Assembly (NCBI GenBank): GCA_003707115.1
Contig: PPNB01000011.1
Coordinates: 1-64,000 of the forward strand
DNA length: 64,000 nt
Source: Tortispora ganteri
Taxonomy: Eukaryota
Reading direction: 5' to 3'
Notes under the pieces: generated by a model
Told to the model about the DNA's origin: nothing
Database searches by the model: none
Seen by the model: the letters and a program-made list of their open reading frames with translations, nothing else
In this document: positions 51,412-62,560 of the stretch, in pieces
Layout of the letters: every line of letters begins with the position of its first letter
Numbering within the stretch: position 1 is the stretch's first letter
Position numbers and translations under genes: made by a program

Positions 51412-54318
51412 ATGGAATCAGATACTTCATCTAGCATCTCGGAAGAAGACGAGCCGAGGTTGCAATATTCTCGTATTACAGAATTACCACCGTCATTGTT
51501 TGGATCTGATCCTCTAGCCACCGTAGCGTCGCACTCGACTACCCTAGCATTTGCATCACACGGTGGAACAGTATACCTCACAAACCCGCAATTAAAGCTG
51601 ACGCGGTCATATAGAGCACATACGGCGTCTATACTGGCGCTAAGTTTTTCTGGTGATGGATCACATATTGGTTCTGCCTCTTTAGACGGTCGCGTTATCA
51701 TATCATCAGTAAATGATGACTCTGACACTTCTGGTTCTGACTTTTCCAGGCCTATACATGCATTAGCTCTTGACCCCGCTTATCAGTCTACTAGATCTTT
51801 TATTTCAGGTGGCTCTGCTGGTAAGGTTATTTTGTCTGAGCGCGGCTGGTTTGGTAACCGAATAGACACTATCCTGTATGAAGGTGATAGCACAATCACT
51901 GCATTATCGTGGAGGTCGGAGCTCGTGATATGGACTTGTGAGCCTGGAATCCATGTAATGCATGTCCCTACTCGGAAATACATCTGCAAAATAGCTTGGC
52001 CAAAACCAGATTTGGCCAATGGTGAGTCGTACATCAGCCCTGAACTCTATAAACCTCGTATATATTGGCCTTCTGCAGATCATATCATCATTGGGTGGGG
52101 CCCAAATATATGGTTGCTTCGAATTGAAGGCATAGAATCTAGAAATGTCGCGGATAATAACGCCAGCATATACCCGAAACTGCCAGTATTACAAGGTTCC
52201 ATAAAATCACGGTCAATACGTCCTGTTATGTCTTCAAATTCCATTGGTTCGGCTCGCTCTGCACAAACTACGAAGTCGACGGACACTATCACCTCCTCTA
52301 GAGGAGCAAGACGTCGATGTAGAGTTCTGGCTACTCTTGAATTATCTGGTGGAATTGTATCTGGTGTATTGCCATTCGGCCCTGATATGCTTATTGCGTT
52401 AGTCTACGTTACTGAAAATGGACGAGCTGTATTACCAGAACTCCGCATTATTTCTCCATATACGGGCGAGGAAACATCCGTTGACCAAATATCATGCAGA
52501 GGGTATGAAAACCTTGGTGCTAATGATTACCATTTGGCACGGTGGAAAAATCCCGAGGACGAGAATGATATCAACTACCTGTTATTGAGTGCCCGAGACT
52601 CTATTCGAGCTAAGGAGAGAAGCCTTCATGATAGGTACGAATGGTTCTTAGAACATGAGCGCTTTGAAGAAGCATGGGCTATAGGCTCTGAAATACTGAC
52701 AGATACCGATATCATAAAGTTTTTACATCAATGGGTGAACAGCATAATTGACACTGAACCTGCTATGGCTTCCGTTGTGATCAAAAAGGTTCTAACGCAT
52801 CTAGTGCCTGACTTGATTGTTGAGCAATCGACGATAGGCACCAATGCTGAGGACTATGATGATGCTATAGTGTCAGAAAAGGTTAACACAGTTCGCAATG
52901 AATGGAAGTCATTTATTAAGCTGTTTACAAATAAAAAGATACCTTGCTCTATTATACACCTGGTGCCTGTGCAGGAGCCGTTGCTTGACTCAGAAGACTA
53001 TACAGCTTTGCTGCAGGACGGTATAGCACAGTTTATGTATTCTAAAGATGAAGAGGACTGGAATAAGATTATCCAAGCTCTGCATGTTTGGCCTACCTCA
53101 AGCTACAAGGTTAAAGATGTCTCTAAAACCCTAGAAAACGTTCTCTCGAACAAAGACGGCATACTTTCAGAAAACAACAAAACACATCTGCAACGCGTTC
53201 TAGTTGATTTATATCTTGATATTGGCAGTCCTAGTTTGGCGTTACCGCATCTTTTGCAACTAAAGGACGAATCAGCAATTGAAATAATTTCCTCTAACCA
53301 TCTACTGTCAAGTTTGGGCAACTATATCTCTTCAGTTTTTTCCATATCACTCACTGAAGACGAGAAGAAGTGTCTTAACAGTTCTCATTCGATCACGGAC
53401 CAGGAAAGAACCAACATCACTGAGAAAGTCACAGCAACTATTCACCTCTTTGCCGCCGGAATAACTGAACTTCCTATGAAGAATGTAATTCAAAGTTTAA
53501 AGGAAAGTTCCTGCGATTTTCTTTTATATCTTTATATGATTGAGGTTGAAAAGCTGAACGCAGAGGCTATAAATCAACATGCAAACGATTTCATAGAGAT
53601 ATTGAGCGTTTATGACCGGCCTAGATTATCTGCATTCTTATCTAATCCTGAGTCTACTTATTCAATTGAGAAGGCTTTAAAAATCTGTGAGTCTAAAGGG
53701 TTTGATAATGAACTTATCGAGATATTTGGACGTACTGGAGAAAGTAGAAGGGCTTTGAAACTAATTCTTAACAAGCTGAAAGATCTTTCAAGAGCGGTTG
53801 AATTTTGTAAAACGCAAAACGATCGTGAGCTATGGGAGGACTTCGTCAAATACGCTTTGGAAAATGAAACCAGTTTGAATGTCGTAATAGAAGCGTCTGA
53901 TGCTGCTGAGGCTGGAGTATCTGGTATCGATATTCTAAAAAGAATCGAGAAACCTCTAGCGCTGGAGAAGATTTGTGACTCACTGTTAGCGCTCTTCGCA
54001 CGTAAAGAAAAAGTTAAAAGAATCGTTTCAAATGGTTTACGCTTATCATCATGGGAAGCAGAAATCTACACTGCCCAACTAAGACAGGGGCGACAACGAG
54101 CTGTGAGGTTCAATAACAAGAACCTGAATTCCAGTGCCGTCACGGTCAGATTTATATCTGGAGAAACCACTTCTGAGGAAAACCTATTGGGTGATCAAGC
54201 GTCCAAAATTATAAGACCTGCTAATGGAATATATTCTACAGGGCAAAAGATCACACATGCAGCATATATTCGAGAAATGCTAAAAAATCGTGATGCAGTT
54301 GTTAGTGACACACCTTGA
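51412..54318 (+). CDS. VPS41: HOPS complex subunit Vps41
   Basis: Acidic N-terminus then EPRLQY.RI, WD40 region (ASLDG, ALDP.Y, ILSERGWFG), clathrin-repeat region (AVEFCKTQND.ELW). Confidence 0.9.
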   Translation: MESDTSSSISEEDEPRLQYSRITELPPSLFGSDPLATVASHSTTLAFASHGGTVYLTNPQLKLTRSYRAHTASILALSFSGDGSHIGSASLDGRVIISSVNDDSDTSGSDFSRPIHALALDPAYQSTRSFISGGSAGKVILSERGWFGNRIDTILYEGDSTITALSWRSELVIWTCEPGIHVMHVPTRKYICKIAWPKPDLANGESYISPELYKPRIYWPSADHIIIGWGPNIWLLRIEGIESRNVADNNASIYPKLPVLQGSIKSRSIRPVMSSNSIGSARSAQTTKSTDTITSSRGARRRCRVLATLELSGGIVSGVLPFGPDMLIALVYVTENGRAVLPELRIISPYTGEETSVDQISCRGYENLGANDYHLARWKNPEDENDINYLLLSARDSIRAKERSLHDRYEWFLEHERFEEAWAIGSEILTDTDIIKFLHQWVNSIIDTEPAMASVVIKKVLTHLVPDLIVEQSTIGTNAEDYDDAIVSEKVNTVRNEWKSFIKLFTNKKIPCSIIHLVPVQEPLLDSEDYTALLQDGIAQFMYSKDEEDWNKIIQALHVWPTSSYKVKDVSKTLENVLSNKDGILSENNKTHLQRVLVDLYLDIGSPSLALPHLLQLKDESAIEIISSNHLLSSLGNYISSVFSISLTEDEKKCLNSSHSITDQERTNITEKVTATIHLFAAGITELPMKNVIQSLKESSCDFLLYLYMIEVEKLNAEAINQHANDFIEILSVYDRPRLSAFLSNPESTYSIEKALKICESKGFDNELIEIFGRTGESRRALKLILNKLKDLSRAVEFCKTQNDRELWEDFVKYALENETSLNVVIEASDAAEAGVSGIDILKRIEKPLALEKICDSLLALFARKEKVKRIVSNGLRLSSWEAEIYTAQLRQGRQRAVRFNNKNLNSSAVTVRFISGETTSEENLLGDQASKIIRPANGIYSTGQKITHAAYIREMLKNRDAVVSDTP

Positions 54319-54350
54319 ATGAAAAATGCAATACTTATTATTAGACTCAT

Positions 54351-55646
54351 TTATCTGTCACCTGTTTGAAATAATGCATCTGCAATATTTAAAGCTGATG
54401 AAGAGGACTCTGCATTCCCGACATGTTCTGCGAATGCCGATGTTACCTGCGGGTCGACCGGTATAGGTTGGCCAGTTTCAGCAAATCTTTCGCTAGTATA
54501 TTGATTCCCATGAATTGCACGAGAAATGGCTGCAACTGCTACGTGATCAGGAAGCTGTGGCCGAGTTTGATCAGTGCCGTCAGGATATGGAAATGATGAG
54601 GTTGGTCTGCCTATACCTTGAATTTCATCATGACCAACTAAAGACGATTTGCGTGCAGAGAACTTGTTAGTTGCCGACCTACATACATGACATGAGCGAA
54701 CTACTGACCGTGCTGTGGCTTTTATCTGCGGCCAATGATAAAGTTCTGCTGTGAGTCCTGTTAGTTTGTTGACACCAGCATGATCTGATGAATGTAATGC
54801 TCGGACTATATTAAGGCGATCAACCTCTGATTCGATTACTTGTTTGTTTCCTAGAAGTAAATTGCCTTCAGGAGAGATCCTATATTTTGCAGCAGATGCT
54901 CTTATTCTTGATTTCTCCACGCGATCTGTACCCGGGGGGTAGATTCCATGCTGGATGTACATTTTAATATGAGAAAACCGAGAGTTTGAATTCAAAGCTA
55001 AGTTTTCTGGGGTTTCTATACCATATGACCAAATATCACAAGTTTCTTTTGACGGTAAAACGGCTCCATCTATAATGAGATTGCAACGGGCGAACTTCAA
55101 TGATGCAGCTAGCTTGGAGGCAGCAGTGTTTACAGATAGTACCGGGTCCATATACACATAGTATATATTAGCCATTCTTGCATAAGATAAAGCTGTCTTT
55201 CCAAGAACTTTTCCAATACCTTGATTGCGATAGTTCTGGTTAACTAGAATTGTGAGATCTCCGATTGTTGATGCTGGACCTTTGTACTTATGCCTAACAA
55301 AAGCGACGCCCAATATTCTGTCTGGTGTTTGGTCAGTAGTTATTTCTGAGTTGCGCTCTATTTTCGCAGGATTTTGGAGTGAATAATCTAATGAATCCTT
55401 GAGATCGAGTTCATCAATTGAATCCAGTGGGCCTTTTAGAGCTACTATAGCTACACCAGTTGACATAAACATATCCTTGAAAGACTGTAATGTTATAGGA
55501 CTGTCAAATGGCAAGCTCCCAGGATTAGAAAGTATCTCATAATTTAAATGTATACATGCGAACTTATTAAGAGTTTCATTTGAAGAATATGGAAGCACAG
55601 TGAAAGGGAAGGGATTAGTTAGCAGTATGGGCTGCATTTTTGACAT
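54351..55646 (-). CDS. SPT10: GNAT acetyltransferase plus His2-Cys2 zinc-finger protein, Spt10-like
   Basis: Motif A YRNQGIGKVLG, then YP...DR.EKSRIR and H...H.G.NK.....YHW..I......CHVC. Confidence 0.75.
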   Translation of the reverse strand: MSKMQPILLTNPFPFTVLPYSSNETLNKFACIHLNYEILSNPGSLPFDSPITLQSFKDMFMSTGVAIVALKGPLDSIDELDLKDSLDYSLQNPAKIERNSEITTDQTPDRILGVAFVRHKYKGPASTIGDLTILVNQNYRNQGIGKVLGKTALSYARMANIYYVYMDPVLSVNTAASKLAASLKFARCNLIIDGAVLPSKETCDIWSYGIETPENLALNSNSRFSHIKMYIQHGIYPPGTDRVEKSRIRASAAKYRISPEGNLLLGNKQVIESEVDRLNIVRALHSSDHAGVNKLTGLTAELYHWPQIKATARSVVRSCHVCRSATNKFSARKSSLVGHDEIQGIGRPTSSFPYPDGTDQTRPQLPDHVAVAAISRAIHGNQYTSERFAETGQPIPVDPQVTSAFAEHVGNAESSSSALNIADALFQTGDR

Positions 55647-55986
55647 AAAGTGGCGCAGTTCTTGTCATAGGTGTGCGTAAAATCTGGACGGACAATTGAG
55701 TGTGTGTCTATCTGGGCGAATAGCACTGTGGCTCTTGTCTTATACGGCTTGCCACTTCTACAGAGATTATTAACTCTCTAAAAAGAATTGGAACACTGTT
55801 ATTTAAGATATTATTAGTGACTCAAATAATTATTAAATCTCTTATCCATTAACGTGGCATTTATCGTATCAAACATCCAGAGTTGAATGAACCTGGGTTA
55901 GGGTTGAACGTATATTTTCTTCGCTAGTTCGGGAGTCCGCCAGAGACAGAGAGGACGACTTTAAAAAAAGCGACGCAATACGCAAG

Positions 55987-56982
55987 ATGATGGCTGGAAT
56001 TTCTGTACGAGGCTTGTTTGGAGCCCAAGTGCGTCAGTTTCACAGTACTTTAATTAATGAAGCTAAGAAAAAGCGGATCACTAAATATCAAAGGGCACTA
56101 GAACGTGTTCGGAAGCACATGCTGCGTCGACAAGAGATCTCGAAGAAGACTCTTAAGATAGACCCTATTTTAGGTACGTCTACACCGTTTATTAAAGCTA
56201 TTACGAGCCTACAAGGACTTAGTGGCAGATATAGTTATGGCATTTCTGAAGAAGAGAAGACAAAGTTGGAGTATGGAGCGGCTATGGCCAATGTGCGTCG
56301 GCGAGCTCTAACGATAGACAGATTGCAAGTTTCGGACATTCAACTTGAAGACGAAGTCGGTGAAGCTATTGGTTCTTCGTCTTCGCGATCACCGGCTCTG
56401 ACGTTAGAAAAGGAAGAGCAGAAGGCTGAGGCAGTAGACCGGATTCTCAATTTGCAGAACGCCAATATCCCACAAGTTCGCAAGGCTCTAATAAACTTCG
56501 CTATTGAGCAGTTTCAAAGACAAGATGGTGATGTAGGCAGCAGTGGCGTGCAAGCTGCTGTTCTGACTGTGAGAATCCAGCTGCAGTACAAACACTACAT
56601 ACAGAATCTGAAAGATTACAAGGCAGTCCATCATTTGCGCGACTTGGTCCAAGCAAGGCAGCGAATACTGCGCTATTACAAGCGGCATGATCCTGATGGA
56701 TATTATGCATGCATAGAGCGTCTCGGATTGACCGATGAAATAGTCATGGAAAGATTTGAAATGAGCAGAAAGGGTCGCATGCAGTTCAATCCCGAAGAAG
56801 TTGGACGTCATAAGATTAGAGTATCTAAAAAGGAGCTCAAACAACAGCAAGAACTTGACTCTATTGTCCGTGAAGCAGCCAAACTCAAAGCTGCTGAGTC
56901 AAAACGTGTTCGTCGTGCGCAGACGAAAGCCGCTAGTCGACAAGCCACAAAAGAAACAACTTCTACTGACACATTCGCATAA
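55987..56982 (+). CDS. MRPS28: Mitochondrial small-subunit ribosomal protein uS15m
   Basis: Presequence (VRQFHST); S15 core D.GSS.VQAAVLT.RI....KD......LV..RQRILRY. Confidence 0.88.
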   Translation: MMAGISVRGLFGAQVRQFHSTLINEAKKKRITKYQRALERVRKHMLRRQEISKKTLKIDPILGTSTPFIKAITSLQGLSGRYSYGISEEEKTKLEYGAAMANVRRRALTIDRLQVSDIQLEDEVGEAIGSSSSRSPALTLEKEEQKAEAVDRILNLQNANIPQVRKALINFAIEQFQRQDGDVGSSGVQAAVLTVRIQLQYKHYIQNLKDYKAVHHLRDLVQARQRILRYYKRHDPDGYYACIERLGLTDEIVMERFEMSRKGRMQFNPEEVGRHKIRVSKKELKQQQELDSIVREAAKLKAAESKRVRRAQTKAASRQATKETTSTDTFA

Positions 56983-56997
56983 GGAAGTTTGTTATCT

Positions 56998-58218
56998 TTA
57001 GCTTTGAGAATCGGTATCTGCGTCGTCTGCCATCTCTTTGTTTGAGGTTTCGTCATCTTCTGTACTTGCTAGCGATTGCGCAATTGACTGGCCCGAGTCT
57101 GTAATTTGTTCGTCTATCACAGGGTTTAAACGCATGCTAGATAGTTTTGATTGTCTTTGTGTGGCCTCAAGCCACTCGTCACGCGGGATAGCGCCGAGAA
57201 GCAACGGCCAAAATCTAGCACCAGCTTTCGCCAGTGACTGCGAGCAGTAGTTCAGTTGTACCCAGATATTGATTCTGTCCTGACGACTGACGATACTGGA
57301 ACCCAATGTAGATATTTCCTTGATGAGATCGTGTATGACATGTCTTATGAAAATGCCTAAATCTGTAGAGGGCCCTTCTGGGAATATAGAGTTGTAGGCC
57401 ACTATTGCAGAGACTACATGATCGCGGAAAATGTCGACGTATCTTGTGAGACAGTTCAGCGGGTCATTCTGAGAAACATGCGCAAATTGCCGCTGAAGAT
57501 GAGAGTATCTGGCCACAATAAATATTGTTGGCAGCGAGACCGCCTGCAGGTGCGGGAGCAGACGTGCAAGTCTGCGTATATAAGAAACCACTCGCACAAC
57601 TACCGAGAGTCTGACGTTGTCTCTGAGAAGTCGTAGTAGCTGTATCAGCGCAATATTTAGATTTTTGTCGACCTCCTCAAGAACCATGGCGATCACAGGA
57701 AAGTCAGGGAATCTTTGTTGCAGACGCTTGGTGTGATCAGCGAGGTCCAGCGCCTCAGAGAAATGGCCATACCGTATGCAGATATTGAGCAGACCTGGTA
57801 GCTCTAAAATATCACGTAGCCGAGAAGAATTCCGCAAAACTGTCTGTGCTTCTGTTAGCCGTTCCGCATCTTGGTCGTTCAACGCTTGCTGACGTTCGTA
57901 GAGCCGCGAAGCTTCGGGAATCAAATCTGCCACCGCCGCCACTGCATCCGGTAACAGCATCAGCAGCTCGTTGTAGCTTTTCTGTGCACTAACAATTGAT
58001 TCACTAGCCTGTAAAATCTCTTGAAGGTGCGTTCTGGTAGCATTGCTTAGCTGGCCAGCAATAGCTAGCTGTTCCTCCTCGAGCTTCGCCCGCGTTTCCG
58101 CGACATGTTCAAGCGGTAACCCTCGAACCTGAGAAACATATTGCGCAGCAATATTGACTGATTCAGGCTCAGAAATATCTACAAATTCCTTTACAATATC
58201 CAGCAACGGATCTTCCAT
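56998..58218 (-). CDS. COG8: Conserved oligomeric Golgi complex subunit 8
   Basis: DILELP.LL..CIR.G.FSEAL.L, L......VSYIRR, QL.YC.QSL...G motifs. First ATG at 58218. Confidence 0.85.
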   Translation of the reverse strand: MEDPLLDIVKEFVDISEPESVNIAAQYVSQVRGLPLEHVAETRAKLEEEQLAIAGQLSNATRTHLQEILQASESIVSAQKSYNELLMLLPDAVAAVADLIPEASRLYERQQALNDQDAERLTEAQTVLRNSSRLRDILELPGLLNICIRYGHFSEALDLADHTKRLQQRFPDFPVIAMVLEEVDKNLNIALIQLLRLLRDNVRLSVVVRVVSYIRRLARLLPHLQAVSLPTIFIVARYSHLQRQFAHVSQNDPLNCLTRYVDIFRDHVVSAIVAYNSIFPEGPSTDLGIFIRHVIHDLIKEISTLGSSIVSRQDRINIWVQLNYCSQSLAKAGARFWPLLLGAIPRDEWLEATQRQSKLSSMRLNPVIDEQITDSGQSIAQSLASTEDDETSNKEMADDADTDSQS

Positions 58219-58400
58219 GGATGTGTAAATGGTATACACTCTAGTGCGTGATGTGGTGTGTACGGTTTACCAACTGTGACATTGGGCTGCACTCAAAGTG
58301 GAGTTACCCGGTTTGCATGAGAACTCCCAATTCGGCCTATAGCAGATTAATAAAGACACTTGCAGCTTTCTCCTTGCACACAACACCAGAAAACAACGCC

Positions 58401-59435
58401 ATGGAAGGTCTTTATTTCAACATTAACACCGGATACCTTGATGCGCTAATTCGTGGTTACCGTAATGGACTTTTATCATCTGCGAATTACATTAATTTAA
58501 CACAATGTGAGTCGCTAGAAGATGTCAAGTTACAACTTTCTGCAACGGAATACTCCACGTTCCTATCGAATGTCGGCGGACAGCTCTCCACCAGCATCAT
58601 TTCCCAGCATGCTACCAAAAAATTGATAGAAGAATACCAATATTTTAGGTCACAAGCTGTAGAGCCGCTCACTACGATTATGGACTATATTAGCTACGGC
58701 TACATGATCGACAATATGGCACTACTTATCACGGGCACGCTGCACGAGCGAGACACCCACGAGCTATTGGACAGGTGCCACCCATTGGGTTGGTTTGATA
58801 CTATGCCTGCACTATGTGTGGCCACAAATATTGATGAACTGTACAATATGGTGCTTGTCGACACGCCACTTGCAAAGTTTTTTAAGGAAACCGTTACGGC
58901 TGCGGACTTGGACGATCTAAATATCGAGATTATTCGAAACTCGCTCTACAAGTCTTACCTGGAAGACTTCTACGAATGGGCAGGCAAACAAGAATCACCT
59001 ACTAAAGAGAATTTGCAGTCGCTGCTTGAGTTTGAGGCAGATCGAAGAATAATTAACATTGCGCTCAATTCATTTGGTTCTGAACTGACGCCAGAACATA
59101 GATTGGCTTTGTTCCCGCAGTTTGGCAGTGTGTGGGAAACCGCGGCCAAACAGCTTGCGCGCGCGGACGATTTCGACCAAGCCAGAATCGCAATTGAATC
59201 AGTAGGATTATATAAATCCTTGTTTGATTCTTCTGGCGGCCAGTCAATTGAAGACCATTTCTATCGTCGTGAAATGGAATTGTGCAAAGCTGTGTTCACT
59301 CAACAGTTCTCCTACGCTGTTATTTGGGCGTGGCTCAAAGCCCGTGAACAAGAGATTCGAAACATCACATGGATATCAGAATGCATTGCTCAAAACCAGA
59401 AGGAGCGGATTCAGAATTTTATTTCCGTCTTTTAG
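58401..59435 (+). CDS. VMA6: V-ATPase V0 subunit d
   Basis: MEGLYFNI..GY, YMIDN.ALLITGTL, CHPLG.F, EQEIRNITWI.ECIAQ. True ATG at 58401. Confidence 0.97.
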   Translation: MEGLYFNINTGYLDALIRGYRNGLLSSANYINLTQCESLEDVKLQLSATEYSTFLSNVGGQLSTSIISQHATKKLIEEYQYFRSQAVEPLTTIMDYISYGYMIDNMALLITGTLHERDTHELLDRCHPLGWFDTMPALCVATNIDELYNMVLVDTPLAKFFKETVTAADLDDLNIEIIRNSLYKSYLEDFYEWAGKQESPTKENLQSLLEFEADRRIINIALNSFGSELTPEHRLALFPQFGSVWETAAKQLARADDFDQARIAIESVGLYKSLFDSSGGQSIEDHFYRREMELCKAVFTQQFSYAVIWAWLKAREQEIRNITWISECIAQNQKERIQNFISVF

Positions 59436-59622
59436 ATGCAGATGTGATATTTATTGGCGCGCACATTATTCTAATATACGCGATATTTAAGCCTGCTGCT
59501 TCGATTTTGACTCTCAACTCCCAACAACACCCAACTTTGCCCACTTACCTTGCTTTTCTTATCCTTCCTTTCTCCCCAACAAACATCAGACTGAATTCAC
59601 TTTCTTCACCAATTACACGGCA

Positions 59623-60486
59623 ATGTATTGGCTAGACCACGACCCATTATATGGCAAATTTGCTTTGCCAGCGCCTATTATAAATTTCATAGATACATAC
59701 CTGTCTAAACCGCTAAACCTTGATAAATTGACTGAATATGCTCCACAAATTGTCGTAATAACAATCGCCTATCACATCGTTTATTTGGTAGCATCTATGC
59801 TTACCCCTCTGCTTCCCGGTTTTAGCAGTTTATCAGTTAAACACAAGACTGATTTCAATATTCGAATTGTATCTCAGGTTCAATGTGCCGTAATTCTGTA
59901 TGTGATAGTGCCTTTATTTTACGACCAATCTTTGGCTAAAGATACTGTCTTCGGAACCTCGGATTATGGCTACTTTGCCGCATCTTGTGCTGCAGGATAC
60001 TTCTTATGGGACTCAATTATATGTATGGTCTACTATAATATGTTTGGATTTCCCTTTTTAATGCATGGTCTCATATCTCTTACTGTGTTTACATTTGGAT
60101 TCTATCCTGCTTTGCATTACTGGATCCCCAGGTTTTTGCTCTTCGAATGTTCCACACCCTTTGTAAACATTCATTGGTACTCTACACATATAGACTGGCC
60201 TGCAATATTTACTCCTACCTTCAAAACAGTCAACGGAATCGCCCTCATATTGATATTCTTTATCTGTCGTATCGTCTTTGGGTGGTACTATGCTGTCAAT
60301 CTCTACATAGATGTGTTCGCAGAAAGAGCTCGCATCAATTGGTTTATTTTGTCCTCCCTTATCCTTGGAAACACTTTCCTTAATTCGCTGAATGTCATTT
60401 GGTTTTCAAAAATGATAAAGATTGCAAAACGCTCTTTCTCTAAAGCCGGTACGAAACCAAACCAACATAAAGCCAAAACCCATTAA
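59623..60486 (+). CDS. TLC-domain membrane protein (Tda4/TMEM56-like)
   Basis: VSQVQ, AGYFLWD, FLLFECSTPFVNIHW, NG......F...R, LN.IWF.KM motifs. Confidence 0.87.
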   Translation: MYWLDHDPLYGKFALPAPIINFIDTYLSKPLNLDKLTEYAPQIVVITIAYHIVYLVASMLTPLLPGFSSLSVKHKTDFNIRIVSQVQCAVILYVIVPLFYDQSLAKDTVFGTSDYGYFAASCAAGYFLWDSIICMVYYNMFGFPFLMHGLISLTVFTFGFYPALHYWIPRFLLFECSTPFVNIHWYSTHIDWPAIFTPTFKTVNGIALILIFFICRIVFGWYYAVNLYIDVFAERARINWFILSSLILGNTFLNSLNVIWFSKMIKIAKRSFSKAGTKPNQHKAKTH

Positions 60487-60568
60487 GGTGAATAACTACC
60501 CTGATATTGTCATTGTCCATTATAATAAACGCAGTCTTATTTTATTGTATGCGATCGCACCTTGACTG

Positions 60569-62329
60569 CTAAAGGTCTGTAATTTTCAGCCTTTTTTTCG
60601 CTTTCTTCTCTGAAACAAGCTCTTTCCAATCTTTGGCAAGGTCGTCTTCGTCGCTGAGATCGGCATTACCAGAAGCAACGGATATGGCTTCGAGACGTCG
60701 CTTTTTCTTCTCCCGTCTTTTTTCCTTCGACTCTTTTTTTTCGGTTTGCTCAGACCAAGCGACACTCTTCGCCTTCTTATTTTTCAATTCCGATTTTTTT
60801 GTCTTAGAATTTTCAGTTGCTAGCCTTTGAGCCTCCTTCTTTTCTTCTAGGTACTTGTAGGTATGCATATTGAAATCCTTGACTAACCATCCTTCTGTAG
60901 GTACCGCACTGTTTCCCTTGAGCTCAGGCATTGAAGGCAATCTGATCAGTCCGTGTGCCCGAGCGAGAGATAGAAAATCGATCTCTTTCACCCGAAACAC
61001 AGTGGACGCTGTATGTTTTGTGTACGATCTGACATACGATACATACGCCTGTATAGCGCGATCGTGACGATCCCTGTCTTCCAGTACCCAATCAATAACA
61101 ATTTTGTTGAATTTAGCGGTCATTTTAGCCAGCTTACCCAGCGATATAGTGGTATCCTCTTTCGGCTCTATTCTTCGAACACCGAGGAGATCAAGGTAGT
61201 CCACTTCCGGGCCTTTGTTCAATAATACTATCCCGCGGCCGTACCGTCCAGCACGCGCAGCACGGCCCATTCTGTGCACAAACATGCTTGTTTGCGTAGG
61301 CGGATCCAATTGGATAACGATGTCGACCTGCGGGATATCGATACCGCGTGCAGCGACGTCTGTTGTGAAAAGGACAGTTCTAGGTTCACTGGTTTCCGCA
61401 AACTGCGCTAATGCCCGCTTTCGAATAGATGTAGATAGCTTTCCATGCAGAGAAATAAAAGAAAGAGGACCTGTATATACATCTTTGAGTAAAGAGTAGT
61501 AGTACATCACAGATGCACACGTCGGGAAATAAACAATAGCCTTCTCAAACTCCTCTATCTTTTCGAGTCTCCTTATAGTATATGGTAACTTCATGTCCGG
61601 TTCTACCACTGCGTATTGGAGATCGAGTGTTGGAGGAATGGAGTGCTCTTCGCCGTTAGGACCATTCACTTTGACCGATATTCGCACAGGATAGCGTAGA
61701 CCGACACGAATAAGCTGGTTTACCGCATCAGAAGCGGTCGCAGAAAAAAGTCCCGTTCTTCGCTGTTTAGGCAGTTTGGATATTATAGAATTGATAGAGG
61801 CATCAAATCCAAGATCAAGTAGACGATCAGCTTCATCAAGGATCAGTATGTCTAGTTTTGTAGTCTTAACGACACCAGAGTCAAGCAGATCAAGCATTCT
61901 CCCCGGAGTTCCAACAAGAATATGTGGTTTTATGGAAACGAACTCTTTTCTGTCGTTATTAAGCGAAGAATTGCCGCCGATAAGCAGTTGCGTACGGATC
62001 GGGTTATCTTCTGGCTGATGGTCTAGCAGACCTTCGAGGACTTTCATAGTCTGGGCAGCAAGTTCTTTTGTCGGTGACAATATTATTGCATTAATAAAAT
62101 GAGGTTTATAGTCATCTATAAGCCGAGACACTTTGTCTATAACTGGAACTAAGAATCCTATAGTTTTACCTGATCCAGTGACTGCCTCAACAACCACGTC
62201 TTTGTTGCCGCAGAACAGCGGAATAGTAGCTGCTTGAACAGGTGTCATATCAGCAAACATAAACATCAACCGTTTTAAAAGCCATTCCGGGACCTTACCA
62301 TCCAGTTCGGTCCAGTCGCGCGGAGCCAT
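60569..62329 (-). CDS. SPB4: DEAD-box rRNA helicase Spb4
   Basis: MTPVQAATIP, KDVVVEAVTGSGKT, DEADRLLD, LPKQRRTGLFSAT, LPSMPEL. First ATG at 62329. Confidence 0.93.
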   Translation of the reverse strand: MAPRDWTELDGKVPEWLLKRLMFMFADMTPVQAATIPLFCGNKDVVVEAVTGSGKTIGFLVPVIDKVSRLIDDYKPHFINAIILSPTKELAAQTMKVLEGLLDHQPEDNPIRTQLLIGGNSSLNNDRKEFVSIKPHILVGTPGRMLDLLDSGVVKTTKLDILILDEADRLLDLGFDASINSIISKLPKQRRTGLFSATASDAVNQLIRVGLRYPVRISVKVNGPNGEEHSIPPTLDLQYAVVEPDMKLPYTIRRLEKIEEFEKAIVYFPTCASVMYYYSLLKDVYTGPLSFISLHGKLSTSIRKRALAQFAETSEPRTVLFTTDVAARGIDIPQVDIVIQLDPPTQTSMFVHRMGRAARAGRYGRGIVLLNKGPEVDYLDLLGVRRIEPKEDTTISLGKLAKMTAKFNKIVIDWVLEDRDRHDRAIQAYVSYVRSYTKHTASTVFRVKEIDFLSLARAHGLIRLPSMPELKGNSAVPTEGWLVKDFNMHTYKYLEEKKEAQRLATENSKTKKSELKNKKAKSVAWSEQTEKKESKEKRREKKKRRLEAISVASGNADLSDEDDLAKDWKELVSEKKAKKRLKITDL

Positions 62330-62560
62330 AAAAAAAAGAACTGCGAAGTTAACGAAGGAGTAAGGAGCCAGAGAAAAAATAGTAAGTAAAAGTCTAATAG
62401 GATTTGACAGTTGCAACGGTCACATAATGTTCACAGTATATGCCTATTTCCGGGTAACTTAGCATTTAACCTTTTGCTACTTTTTTCTCTTTAGGAGATC
62501 TCAGGTTGTCTGAGAACGAAAGAAGCGTTTTAGATCTACCGATTTCATAGATCAAGTAGA

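Noticed and set aside
54680..54800. His2-Cys2 integrase-like zinc finger as a retrotransposon relic
   Set aside because: It is fused to a GNAT domain as in Spt10; no RT, integrase core or LTRs are nearby.
55894..55905. GGGTTAGGGTT and other TTAGGG hexamers as interstitial telomere
   Set aside because: Fewer than two full units; better explained as promoter sites or chance.
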